Below the pieces are notes generated by a model that had not been told where the DNA came from, made no database searches, and saw only the letters and a list, made by a program, of their open reading frames with translations. The position numbers and the translations under genes were made by a program. DNA of 64,000 nt from Candidatus Poribacteria bacterium (GTDB lineage Bacteria > Poribacteria > WGA-4E > WGA-3G), in the NCBI GenBank assembly GCA_965205015.1, contig OZ242029.1:4000001-4064000 (forward strand), written 5' to 3'. Below, piece after piece: positions 18,074 to 27,803 of this stretch (the stretch's first letter is position 1; every line of letters starts with the position of its first letter).

Positions 18074-19798
18074 CTACTGAGACGACTCCCATTGAACATC
18101 CATGTTCCAAAGTAAAAACGGCACCAGTTTTGCGATCATCTCAATGGCGGTTTCTTCCTCCGACAACGTTACTTCCAGCAAAGCCGTATCATCCTTGATT
18201 GAAAGCCAAGTGAGCAACAGTGGTATCTCTTTAGCATCGACGAGCAGTTTGTCAGAAGGTGGTGCGCCTTTTTCCATCTCCAGAACCCGCGCTAAATTGA
18301 GTTGTGCAAACATTGTAGGTGTTTTTGGCACCAGTTTTAAGTAGGAAGGTTTCTTTTTCTGTTTAATTCCATCAATAAGTTTATAGATTTGTTTCTCTGA
18401 GAATCCCACAAGAAACAGTCCATCTATATCACTGTAATAGATATTCGAGGCGAACCCTGATACTGTAGTGCCTTTGTACTCTGTTTGGGAAACAGAAGTA
18501 CTTTGTAGATTAGAAAGGGAATTGCCGATCAGATTCCATTTCATCCTGTTGCTGGGACTAAAAATAATGCCACCATTCGTTTCCACATCACTCGCATCAA
18601 TCGCAAGGGCACCATCTACGTCAACCCGAATCCCGCTTAACGCTTCCGGATCGAAGTGTGTGAGGTCAGGGACCGACAAAGCGACTTCACCCGTCAATCC
18701 AGCCATAATGTCCTCGTCCAAATCAAGATTTAGGAGTCCTTCCAAAAAAGAGATTGCCGTCGGGTCTTTATCCATCCCGGTGCGAGCCAACTCCCATGAA
18801 CCTTCCAAGACATCGGGCGTTACAGCAACAAACAGGTCATCTTCACCGGATACTGCATTTAAGGTTTCAAGCCCTTGTCCCTCCTTTAGAAACGGACCTA
18901 TCTCGTTTTCTGGTGGATTCGGCGTCAATTGCGCCGCAATTTGAAGGAAGGGATCTGTTTCCAGAAAATTGAGCCGTCCAAACGCAGATTGAAAAATCGC
19001 GAGGTTCCTGCGTTCCCGCCTCCCTAAACCTACCCCTAAATCCACCTCAGGCAACATAGGCAGAACCTTCGCAAATACGATCACTTCTCCTGACCCAATT
19101 TTCTCTAACGCTCCGGCAAATTCCGTGTTCTGCTGAATAGAAGGCATGTCCGTTCGGTAGGTATCTATCAATTTTTCAAAACTTCCGTCCCCTGCCCCGA
19201 TCACAAGAAAATCGTCTACAAACCCATATTTCACGATAGCGTTGAACCTCTCCAACGCGTTGTAACGGACTCGCTGGTAGACACCTGCTTCTATACGCAA
19301 GGTATTTGCACTATCCATCCCTATAAGTCCCTCTACAATCTTAGTCACCTGCTGGAGTTTATCGAGATTTCCGCCCGAATGTATTACGACACCGACCTGA
19401 TGATCGCGAGGTTCATCTGGCCACATTGCTAATGCCGTTTGGTAACCCACCGTCTCAATTATGTCCAAGGGGTTAGTCCCAAGTACGCCTTGTAACATAG
19501 CGAGTCCCTGCTGCATCTCCTGCCAATCCGATAGTTCCGGTAAGAGTGCAAGGGCTTTCTCCCAATTTTCTGAAATCTCAATCTCACCGTAGACTTCATC
19601 CAAATCCTGGAGTTTCACATAGAGGATACTCTCTTTGGGCATAAAATCTTCTACCTTCGCGGCATGGGCAAAAGGTAGCATCAACACGACCGGAACGACA
19701 CAGCATGTTTTGAGAACCGCTCGCAAACTATCCTCAAAAAGCGTCGCTACGCCTTGAGGAAAAAATTGATGCCATTTCCATAAAAATTTTGCAGTCAT
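18074..19798 (-). CDS. Hypothetical exported protein, DUF3352-like
   Basis: 574-aa ORF with signal-like segment (AHA|AKV); DFMPKESILYV and YGFVDDFLVIG patterns. Confidence 0.55.
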   Translation of the reverse strand: MTAKFLWKWHQFFPQGVATLFEDSLRAVLKTCCVVPVVLMLPFAHAAKVEDFMPKESILYVKLQDLDEVYGEIEISENWEKALALLPELSDWQEMQQGLAMLQGVLGTNPLDIIETVGYQTALAMWPDEPRDHQVGVVIHSGGNLDKLQQVTKIVEGLIGMDSANTLRIEAGVYQRVRYNALERFNAIVKYGFVDDFLVIGAGDGSFEKLIDTYRTDMPSIQQNTEFAGALEKIGSGEVIVFAKVLPMLPEVDLGVGLGRRERRNLAIFQSAFGRLNFLETDPFLQIAAQLTPNPPENEIGPFLKEGQGLETLNAVSGEDDLFVAVTPDVLEGSWELARTGMDKDPTAISFLEGLLNLDLDEDIMAGLTGEVALSVPDLTHFDPEALSGIRVDVDGALAIDASDVETNGGIIFSPSNRMKWNLIGNSLSNLQSTSVSQTEYKGTTVSGFASNIYYSDIDGLFLVGFSEKQIYKLIDGIKQKKKPSYLKLVPKTPTMFAQLNLARVLEMEKGAPPSDKLLVDAKEIPLLLTWLSIKDDTALLEVTLSEEETAIEMIAKLVPFLLWNMDVQWESSQ

Positions 19799-19873
19799 TG
19801 CAAACCTCTTTTTAATTTTACCTTGCGGTTAAACAACCTGATATTCGACTTTTGACGCTTCTTCCTTATATCT

Positions 19874-19941
19874 GAAGAAACACCCAAGCAATACGCAGAA
19901 ATACCCTATCAAAAACACCCCTCCATTTCATTACGGACTAC
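19874..19941. repeat. Short copy of the AGAAATACGC/CACCCAAGCA modular repeat plus a GTAG half-element on the minus strand
   Basis: GAAGAAACACCCAAGCAATACGCAGAAATACCCTATCAAAAACAC shares all its modules with 49764-49910. Confidence 0.7.
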
Positions 19942-19999
19942 GCGCTTTGGTGGATGTTTTTAAGAAAGTTTTGTCGAAGGAACACGACATCTCCTATTT

Positions 20000-21697
20000 T
20001 TAGGGAACCCGGATGTCATCAACGAGTGCTTGAACTTCACTCGGTGGTGGTGGTGTCAGAGCAGCTACGGAAATAGAGACAATGAAGTTTAGCACCATGC
20101 CGAGGGTCCCGATCCCTTCGGGTGAAATGCCCCATAACCAATGCTCTGGTGTGTTTAATTCTGGACTAATAAACTTAAAATAAATGATATACGCCGCTGT
20201 AAAGGTGATACCGACGATCATGCCACTGACTGCCCCGGCTTTGTTCATGCGTTTCGAGAAGATACCCATCACAATCGCGGGGAAAAATGAACTCGCCGCG
20301 AGACCAAAGGCGAACGCGACGACCTGCGCTACGAATCCGGGTGGGTTTATGCCGAAATATCCAGCGATACAGACTGCGACGCCTGCGGCAATACGTGCAG
20401 CCGTCAATTCCTGTTTTTCCTGTAGCGTCGGCATCATCGTCCCTTTCAGAAGATCATGCGCAACAGCGGTGGAAATGACCAGTAGCAAACCCGCGGCGGT
20501 CGAGAGCGCTGCCGCTAAACCGCCAGCAGCCACTAAACCGACAATCCAGTTCGGGAGTTTCGCGATCTCAGGATTTGCCAGCACCATGATGTCTCGATCA
20601 ATTGTCAACTCATTCTGAACATCCGAGTTTGGACCGCGGTACTGGATCGTACCGTCGCCGTTCAGATCGTCGAACTGAATGAGACCTGTTGCCTCCCAAT
20701 TTTTAAACCAATCCGGGGCATCCTCATATTTCACATCCGTCAACTGACCGTTTTGTTCATAACTGACAGTGTTGAGCAGGTTTGTGCGTGCAAATATAGC
20801 CACTGCGGGTGCTGTTGTATAGAGAAGCGCGATGAACAGCAGTGCCCATCCCGCAGAAATCCGGGCTTCAGATGCCTTTCGCACGGTATAGAATCGGATA
20901 ATCACGTGCGGCAGCCCCGCGGTTCCCAACATCAACGCCGCCGTAATAAAAAAGACATCAATCGTGGCTTTATTGCCATCTGTATAGCGGTTAAACCCCA
21001 ATTGCTCGTTCAGACCGTTGAGTCTGTCAAGGAGATAAAGCCCTGAACCATCCGTCACTTTCCCCATCAGCCCCATCTGCGGGATAGCGTTGCCTGTAAT
21101 GAGGATAGAGATAAAAATAGCAGGCACGAGATAGGCGAAAATCAGCACGCAGTACTGTGCTACCTGCGTATAGGTAATACCTTTCATCCCGCCAAGGACG
21201 GCATAGAAGAACACGATCCCCATGCCGATAAGTACCCCTGTTTCAACATTGACACTCAGGAACCGAGAGAAGACAATGCCGACACCGCGCATCTGTCCTG
21301 CGACGTAAGTAAAGGAGACAAAAATCGCACACACCACTGCAACAATCCGAGCCAATTGCGAGTAATATCGGTCGCCCACGAAATCGGGCACGGTATACTT
21401 CCCGAATTTACGGAGATAGGGTGCCAATAGCAAGGCGAGTAGGACGTAGCCGCCTGTCCATCCTAGTAGATAGACGGATCCATCGCGTCCCATGAACGAG
21501 ATCATTCCTGCCATTGCGATAAAGGACGCTGCGCTCATCCAATCCGCCGCCGTTGCCATACCGTTCACAACGGGATGCACGTTGCTCCCAGCGACATAGA
21601 AATCGCCAGTCGAGCGTGCCTTAGACCAGAGTGCCACGCCAATATACAACGCGAAGGAGAGTGCCACCATTACGAAAGTCCATGCTTCTACGTTCAT
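20000..21697 (-). CDS. Sodium:solute symporter, ActP-like (cation/acetate) family
   Basis: NGMATAADWMSAASF, APYLRKFGKYTVPDF, GGMKGITYTQVAQY, GTAGLPHVIIRFYTV. Confidence 0.93.
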   Translation of the reverse strand: MNVEAWTFVMVALSFALYIGVALWSKARSTGDFYVAGSNVHPVVNGMATAADWMSAASFIAMAGMISFMGRDGSVYLLGWTGGYVLLALLLAPYLRKFGKYTVPDFVGDRYYSQLARIVAVVCAIFVSFTYVAGQMRGVGIVFSRFLSVNVETGVLIGMGIVFFYAVLGGMKGITYTQVAQYCVLIFAYLVPAIFISILITGNAIPQMGLMGKVTDGSGLYLLDRLNGLNEQLGFNRYTDGNKATIDVFFITAALMLGTAGLPHVIIRFYTVRKASEARISAGWALLFIALLYTTAPAVAIFARTNLLNTVSYEQNGQLTDVKYEDAPDWFKNWEATGLIQFDDLNGDGTIQYRGPNSDVQNELTIDRDIMVLANPEIAKLPNWIVGLVAAGGLAAALSTAAGLLLVISTAVAHDLLKGTMMPTLQEKQELTAARIAAGVAVCIAGYFGINPPGFVAQVVAFAFGLAASSFFPAIVMGIFSKRMNKAGAVSGMIVGITFTAAYIIYFKFISPELNTPEHWLWGISPEGIGTLGMVLNFIVSISVAALTPPPPSEVQALVDDIRVP

Positions 21698-21699
21698 AT

Positions 21700-21975
21700 T
21701 TAGTCTGTGTCCTCCTCGGCTTCGCGCTGGCTATATTTCCGCTCTAAACGGTTCATCAACCACGCGTAAACAAAGATAAGTTCAACGAAAATCCAGATGG
21801 ATGCCTGTTGTGCAAAATAGAAACCGAGCGGACAGCCTCCAATACGGATTTTGTCCAGCTGCTCTACGAACACAACTGAGCAGAGATATGAGGTAATAAA
21901 CCAAATGCCTAATAAAATAGCGAGATATTGGAGGTTCTTTCGCCAATATGCCTTATTTTTCGATGATGACTCCAT
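21700..21975 (-). CDS. DUF4212 small membrane partner of the symporter
   Basis: YW..NL, GGCPLGFYFAQQ, two TM helices, immediately upstream of the symporter. Confidence 0.88.
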   Translation of the reverse strand: MESSSKNKAYWRKNLQYLAILLGIWFITSYLCSVVFVEQLDKIRIGGCPLGFYFAQQASIWIFVELIFVYAWLMNRLERKYSQREAEEDTD

Positions 21976-22169
21976 AAATTGTCCTCCTCATGCGACGGCG
22001 AGATCACAGATTACTGCCAAAAGGTGTTTCGTCTCTGCAGCATATCAAATTGTTAGGGTTCAGGTCAAATTAATTTGGATGTGAACAGTTTGCTGCGTTG
22101 TGTTCACACTGATTTCGGCGCCTGCAACCAAAGGAGAAAAACAAACATAAATCCGAGATCCATCTGTTT

Positions 22170-22192
22170 GTAGTGATGCGATTTATCGCATC
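22170..22192 (+). repeat. GTAG-type REP-like palindrome
   Basis: GTAGT followed by GATGCGAT-TT-ATCGCATC perfect hairpin. Confidence 0.55.
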
Positions 22193-22212
22193 CATGCGTA
22201 ACGCCTGACCTA

Positions 22213-22800
22213 TCAGTAATTCTGCGGAAACATTAACCGTTCAACCTGTTCAATCAGAATGTGAAGGACTTTAATATGGATTTCCTGAATGCGATCCGCG
22301 GTGTCGCCTGGCGCAATGAGATAACTATCGCAATGTTGTTTGAGGTATCCACCCTCTCTCCCTAACAACCCAAACACTTGCATCCCACGAGATTTCGCTG
22401 CCACCGCCGCACGCACAACGTTTTCAGAATTTCCGCTGGTTGACAGCACCACAAGCAGGTCCCCGGGATGTCCAAGTGCCAGCAATGGACGTGCGAAGAC
22501 TTCTACGAATCCGAAATCGTTCGCCGTGCAAGTGATATGTCCCGCGTCACCGAGTGCAATCGCTGGAAGTGGTTTCCGATCGCTCCGAAACTTACCCGTG
22601 CATTCCTCAGCAAAATGGATCGCATCGCACAAACTCCCACCATTTCCACAGGTAAAGACACGACCTTCCCGTTCAAATACATCTCGGATTAATGCTGCGG
22701 TTTCCGCGAGGGTCGCAATATTTTCAGGATTTCGGATAAATCGATCAAGCACATCTCGTGCTTCCAACAACGCATCGCGGATACTATGCAAAATGTCCAC
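22213..22800 (-). CDS. gmhA: D-sedoheptulose-7-phosphate isomerase
   Basis: CGNGGSLCDAIHFAEE, ANDFG, STSGNS, DRIQEIHIKVLH. Confidence 0.93.
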   Translation of the reverse strand: MDILHSIRDALLEARDVLDRFIRNPENIATLAETAALIRDVFEREGRVFTCGNGGSLCDAIHFAEECTGKFRSDRKPLPAIALGDAGHITCTANDFGFVEVFARPLLALGHPGDLLVVLSTSGNSENVVRAAVAAKSRGMQVFGLLGREGGYLKQHCDSYLIAPGDTADRIQEIHIKVLHILIEQVERLMFPQNY

Positions 22801-22864
22801 TGTATTCCCTCTGTTTTCTTATGGATGATTTCTATAATATGCTGTTTCCGGTTGCACCAAGTAG

Positions 22865-22896
22865 AAAAAAGGCAGGGTAACCCGCGGCCCCTGCCT
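22865..22896 (-). terminator. Rho-independent terminator
   Basis: Minus strand AGGCAGGG-loop-CCCTGCCT followed by a T-tract. Confidence 0.55.
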
Positions 22897-22948
22897 ATAT
22901 TTCAATATTGTGTCTCGAAAATCATTACTTATAACGGCATAAACGCCA

Positions 22949-23263
22949 TCAGGCTTGGTTGTCACGTTTGGCTGACGGTGGCGATATATATTTCCAACCT
23001 TCCGCTTTGTTCTTTATATTTTCTGCCTTCAAATAATCGACAAGTTCCTCCATGGTTTTGAACCGGGCGTTGAATTCTGCTTTCATCCGATAGCATTCTT
23101 CAAGAACGGGATCCATGGGTGGGTGTTGTTCCTCTTTCATTTGTATCTCCTCGATTAACTCTGCGGGAGTGCAAAGGATTATAGGTTGGTATCCAGCGGC
23201 TTGACAAACTTGATCAATATGCTGTCGCTTCGTCTCGCTTACAATATGTTTATAGTTCCAATT
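22949..23263 (-). pseudogene. 5'-truncated PIN-domain gene remnant in frame with a 63-aa ORF (22949-23140)
   Basis: Frame reads WNYKHIVSETKRQHIDQVCQAAGYQPIILCTPAEL (PIN C-terminus pattern WNxKH...CTPxEL) into MKEEQHPPMDPVLEEC; in-frame stops directly upstream. Confidence 0.6.
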
Positions 23264-23334
23264 TTATCATAAGGTGTTACTTAATTTCAAATCGTTTTTC
23301 CATTAGATATGCGGCATTGTTCTGTCAACTATTC

Positions 23335-25134
23335 CTAAATCCGGAAAATTTCTCCCAACTTCCCACCGAGCACACGACCTGCCCCAAGTAAACATGCAAT
23401 CAGGATAAGCATACCTACTACACCCAATGCGCTCGCTGTATAGGGACCGTGGTCTGGACGCTGGGAGAGTGACCAAATCGCTTTCGTAATGGGATAGTAC
23501 TTATCCTGCATTGCCAAGATTAAACTATCACTAACCTCTAACATCGAAAATGAGAACACGAGAATCGCACCCGCAAGGATATTCGCGATGACCAAGGGCA
23601 AAGTAATTTTATACAAGGTCCGAACAGGCGTTGCTCCCACGTTTTGGGATGCTTCTTCGTAACTCACACTCGTCTGCTGAAGTCCGGCGTAGATGGAACG
23701 CAGCATATATGGCAAGCGCCGCACCGCATAACTGATGATCAGAAGGAACGTCGGGTTCTGTCTCGGATCTATAACAGATACCAACCCATCCGGGAAATAC
23801 CGCAGGAGAAGCGTCGTATCGGCGAAACTGCCCATGTATCCGAATGCTATTGCAACCCCCGGCAACGCTAAGGGTAACATGGCGACTGCATCTAACAGAT
23901 TCTGGAACGGGAGACGTCTGCGGGTCAAGAGATAGGATACCACGATGCCTACAAGGAGTGCCAGCAAAGTGCTAAAAACGCTGTATTTTAGGCTGTTGAG
24001 AATACTCGGCAACGTATCGGAATGCGTGAAGGTCTCAACATAATGGGCAAAAGTCCATGATTGCGGTAACACACTTAATCGCCACTGGCTTGCATCCGGG
24101 GTCAAGGAGACAAGAATGACACTGATGTGTGGCAGCAACGCCGTAAACGTCAATCCACCGATGAAGAGATAGATGACACCCCGCATGCCCCAGTTTACAT
24201 CCGTTTCCCGGGACGTCACGTGTCCCCTACCGAGCATTTCGTAGTGTTTACTCCCTGTCCATCGTTTAGAAACATAAAAGGCGAGTGCTGTTAGCACAAT
24301 AATTAGCACAACAAGGGCGTACCCCATCGGATTCGTGTTCGCCTCCGTCACTTGGTTGAAGATGCGCACCGAAACGACGTTACGATACTCAAAAATTAGG
24401 GGTGTCCCGAGGTCGGTAAACGCCCAGATAAAGACAAGGATTGCACCAGCGAAGTAACCCGGCATCATCAACGGTAATGTTATCTGACGGAAGACCTGAA
24501 AGCGCGACGCTCCCATATTCTCGGCGGCTTCCTCTAAACTCGGATCGACATTCGCGAGTGCGGCGACGATGTTCAGATACATGATCGGATACAGGTGCAA
24601 TGTTGATAACATCACCACACCCCAGAACCCGCCGCCGAACCAGTCAATAGGCTCCGTCAGATCCATCAAGTTGAGTTTCCCGAGAAGCATGTTGACGCTC
24701 CCGTATAACCCGAAAAACTGTTTCATGCCGATCGCACCGACGAAGGGTGGCATAATCATCGGAATCAGAATGACAGCACGGAGCATATCGCGCCCCGGAT
24801 ACCGGTATCGCGTCAAAAAATACGCCAGTGGAAGGCTGATGATGCTCGTCACCAGCGTCACCATTACACCGATTTTGAAACTATTGATAACGAGTTCCCG
24901 GATATTCGGGTCGGTGCCTATCAATTTGAAATATGTGAGATTGAATTTGTTTTCGATCCAGAAGGCTTCTTTGAAAACATAGAGGAGTGGATAGATGAGG
25001 AAGACAACAAAGAAGAGGACCGTCAGCCCGAAAATCAGCGTGATGGATGGCGTGAAATCGTAGCGTCGTCTAATTCTGTCCATTAAAGACGGACTTCTTT
25101 GTGTGTTCTGTTCTGCCTCTGGACGGTCCAGCAT
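23335..25134 (-). CDS. Iron(III)/thiamine-type ABC transporter permease (FbpB-like, two permease domains)
   Basis: Two EAA motifs (SLEEAAENMGA, SYEEASQNVGA), PPFVGA, FTDLGTP. Confidence 0.9.
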   Translation of the reverse strand: MLDRPEAEQNTQRSPSLMDRIRRRYDFTPSITLIFGLTVLFFVVFLIYPLLYVFKEAFWIENKFNLTYFKLIGTDPNIRELVINSFKIGVMVTLVTSIISLPLAYFLTRYRYPGRDMLRAVILIPMIMPPFVGAIGMKQFFGLYGSVNMLLGKLNLMDLTEPIDWFGGGFWGVVMLSTLHLYPIMYLNIVAALANVDPSLEEAAENMGASRFQVFRQITLPLMMPGYFAGAILVFIWAFTDLGTPLIFEYRNVVSVRIFNQVTEANTNPMGYALVVLIIVLTALAFYVSKRWTGSKHYEMLGRGHVTSRETDVNWGMRGVIYLFIGGLTFTALLPHISVILVSLTPDASQWRLSVLPQSWTFAHYVETFTHSDTLPSILNSLKYSVFSTLLALLVGIVVSYLLTRRRLPFQNLLDAVAMLPLALPGVAIAFGYMGSFADTTLLLRYFPDGLVSVIDPRQNPTFLLIISYAVRRLPYMLRSIYAGLQQTSVSYEEASQNVGATPVRTLYKITLPLVIANILAGAILVFSFSMLEVSDSLILAMQDKYYPITKAIWSLSQRPDHGPYTASALGVVGMLILIACLLGAGRVLGGKLGEIFRI

Positions 25135-25382
25135 CCTTTTCTCCAGCTTATAGGTGTATTTTTTGGATCGCGATCGGAAAAACGGGCAAGCTACACTTTA
25201 ATTATACCCGATACGCTGCCGAATCGCACCTATTTTTTTCGCCCACTGTGCCTTTAGGGCGGTTCAGAAAAGGGGGACAGTTTGACATCGGGGCAACAAA
25301 CGCCTTCGCACGGAAAAAATTGGCAACACGTATCCCCTTAAAATGTTACACGTGTGGAACATTTTTGGAAGGGTAAAGTCTG

Positions 25383-26375
25383 TTAGGGGGTTACAGTTAC
25401 AGACCTCACACAACGAAAACCGATGACGAGGAACGCACTCTTTGGCTTGGAGTCCCTGCGAGCGGCGACACGTGGGAGTCGATCCATATCGAACCAGTTA
25501 CCACCGCGCCGGACGCGGGAAACACCAACATTAACATCTGTGAAGTTATCCAATAGCCACTGAATCGTGTTCGCACCCGCCAATGGATTGCGCGCAACAC
25601 CCTCCTGTGGAAATGTAGAATAGAATCCACGATGGTATGCATCTAAACACCATTCGCTCACGTTACCCGCCATATCATACAATCCATACCCGTTCTCAGG
25701 ATACCTACCTACGGCGGTGGTATCTTTAATGTTGTTGCCGTAGTTCGCATCCCGCGGCGTTAGCGTGTTCCCATGCGGATACTTCTGATCGACTAAGCCC
25801 CCGCGCGCGGCGCGTTCCCATTCCGCCTCTGTCGGCAGACGCTTTCCTGCCCACTTCGAGTATGCCATCGCCGCATACCAACTCACACTATCAACCGGAT
25901 GTTTGCCTTTACCTTTTGGGTAGTTATTCCCGTCCCAGTCCCAGAGATAACGCCCATTGTGAAATCTTCCGTTAATCCGCCACTTCTGCCAACGCGGGTT
26001 TTCAAGCACAAATTCTTTGAATTGCGCGTTTGTCACTTCTGTTTCGTCCATATAGAACGCATCTACATAGACGGTGCGCACCGGCTGCTCATCGCCATCT
26101 GCCTCTGCATCGTCGCTGCCTATCCGAAACTCACCCTCGGGAATAAGCACCATGCCTTTAGGGAGCGGAGTTTCTTTCTCAAGAGGTGGTGTCTTTCCGT
26201 CTGGGGGCGGTGTTTTTTCCTCTGGGGGCGATGTTGTTGTTTCCGCTGGAAGTGTTATGTCATCTCGTTCGCAACCGCTGATAGCAAGAGCGAGCCCCCC
26301 GACGAGCAGAATGACGCAATACCTTTCCAAAATACGCTTTAAGGACATTTTCAAGTCCCTATGGTGTTTTGTCAT
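25383..26375 (-). CDS. Lipoprotein with formylglycine-generating-enzyme (SUMF1/FGE-sulfatase) domain
   Basis: Lipobox AISG|C, Pro-rich linker, EVTNAQF, RLPTEAEWE, GLYDMAGNVSEW, RGG.W, GFRC; AGGAGG before ATG 26375. Confidence 0.9.
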   Translation of the reverse strand: MTKHHRDLKMSLKRILERYCVILLVGGLALAISGCERDDITLPAETTTSPPEEKTPPPDGKTPPLEKETPLPKGMVLIPEGEFRIGSDDAEADGDEQPVRTVYVDAFYMDETEVTNAQFKEFVLENPRWQKWRINGRFHNGRYLWDWDGNNYPKGKGKHPVDSVSWYAAMAYSKWAGKRLPTEAEWERAARGGLVDQKYPHGNTLTPRDANYGNNIKDTTAVGRYPENGYGLYDMAGNVSEWCLDAYHRGFYSTFPQEGVARNPLAGANTIQWLLDNFTDVNVGVSRVRRGGNWFDMDRLPRVAARRDSKPKSAFLVIGFRCVRSVTVTP

Positions 26376-26452
26376 GAGGGAATACCTCCTTTGGCAGTAT
26401 GATAACACAAATCACAATATTACCGCATTATTTTTTGATCGGAGAATTCTTG

Positions 26453-26482
26453 TTGACCCCTGAGCACTATTTGTGCTATACT
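26453..26482 (+). promoter_or_regulatory. Sigma70-type promoter
   Basis: TTGACC-N18-TATACT with extended -10 TG. Confidence 0.5.
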
Positions 26483-26519
26483 TTAGCAATATCCACAACA
26501 CAGAATCGTAGACTTACCT

Positions 26520-27647
26520 ATGGCAACAGTCCGACTTGAAAACATTACAAAACGGTTTGGTGATCTTATCGCACTTGACGACATCAACCTCGATATCCAA
26601 GACGAAGAATTCTTTGTGCTGCTCGGTCAGACCGGTGCGGGCAAAACGACGACACTTCGGTGTATCGCTGGATTGGACACACCCGAAGAAGGCACAATCT
26701 ATCTCGACGACGTGAGCGTCAACGACAAAACCCCCGCGGAACGCGATGTCGCATTTGTCTTCCAGTCGCATATCCTCTATCCACACCTCAGCGTTTACGA
26801 GAACATGGCGTTCCCGCTGCATCCGAGAAAACTCTCTGCAGAAGAGATTGACCGGCGGGTCAGGGATATTGCGCAAATGCTGCATATCGAGCATCTACTC
26901 CTGCGGACCCCAAATCAGTTGAGCGGTGGGGAGACGCAGCGCGTCGGACTCGGACGCGCAATGGTCCGTCGTCCTCAAGTCTTCCTTATGGACGAACCGA
27001 TCTCCAATCTCGATGCGAAACTCCGCACCGAGATGCGAGCGGAAATCCGTTGGCGGCAACGTGAACTCGGTACAACGACCTTCTATGTGACGCATGACCA
27101 AATCGAAGCGATGTCAATGGCAGACAGGATCGCTGTTCTCGAAGCCGGCAGAATCCAGCAATTGGGAACACCGGCTGACATCTATAATCATCCGACTAAC
27201 CTATTTGTCGCTGGCTTCATCGGGAATCCGAGCATGAATTGCATCCCTTGCGACATCTCCAACACGAATGGCGAACTCCTTATGACGTTAGCGAGCCATC
27301 TCGATGGTGGTAATGTAGTCGCCATTCAGGACCCCAAGATCGCTAAAGTTGTAAACGACAACGCGCCAGACCGAGACCTTATCTTCGGCACGCATGCTGA
27401 AGATGTCATCGTGAGTCATCAGCCAATTCCCAATGCTTTTCAGGCGGAAGTCTATAGCAGTGAACCCCTCGGTGCAGAAACAATCGTCGAATTGACGCTC
27501 GGAACGGATACATCCGGCGCGCACACGATTCTGAAAGCATCCACAGCACCGAACTTTGAAGCGGAAATCGGACAGCACCTCTACGTCGCATTTGTTCCAG
27601 AACGGATGCATTTTTTCGATAAAAATAGTGGCGACGCGCTTCTGTAG
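26520..27647 (+). CDS. Sugar-type ABC transporter ATP-binding protein (MalK family)
   Basis: GQTGAGKT, LSGGETQR, FLMDEP, YVTHDQ, C-terminal TOBE region. Confidence 0.93.
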   Translation: MATVRLENITKRFGDLIALDDINLDIQDEEFFVLLGQTGAGKTTTLRCIAGLDTPEEGTIYLDDVSVNDKTPAERDVAFVFQSHILYPHLSVYENMAFPLHPRKLSAEEIDRRVRDIAQMLHIEHLLLRTPNQLSGGETQRVGLGRAMVRRPQVFLMDEPISNLDAKLRTEMRAEIRWRQRELGTTTFYVTHDQIEAMSMADRIAVLEAGRIQQLGTPADIYNHPTNLFVAGFIGNPSMNCIPCDISNTNGELLMTLASHLDGGNVVAIQDPKIAKVVNDNAPDRDLIFGTHAEDVIVSHQPIPNAFQAEVYSSEPLGAETIVELTLGTDTSGAHTILKASTAPNFEAEIGQHLYVAFVPERMHFFDKNSGDALL

Positions 27648-27803
27648 GAGAGATTTGTAATCCCGATGAACTGGCGACTTAAACTCTTTAATCTTATCCC
27701 AAAGTTTCTAAAGCGTGTCGGCTGCCACCTCTTACGCCGACTCGGATACGACCCCGATGCGTGGTTAGAAAACTTCCTCAGAGAACACAAAGGAGACTCA
27801 TAA

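Noticed and set aside
25383-26375. FGE-domain protein as a diversity-generating retroelement target
   Set aside because: The fold is a known DGR target class, but no template repeat differing at adenines and no reverse transcriptase were seen in the window
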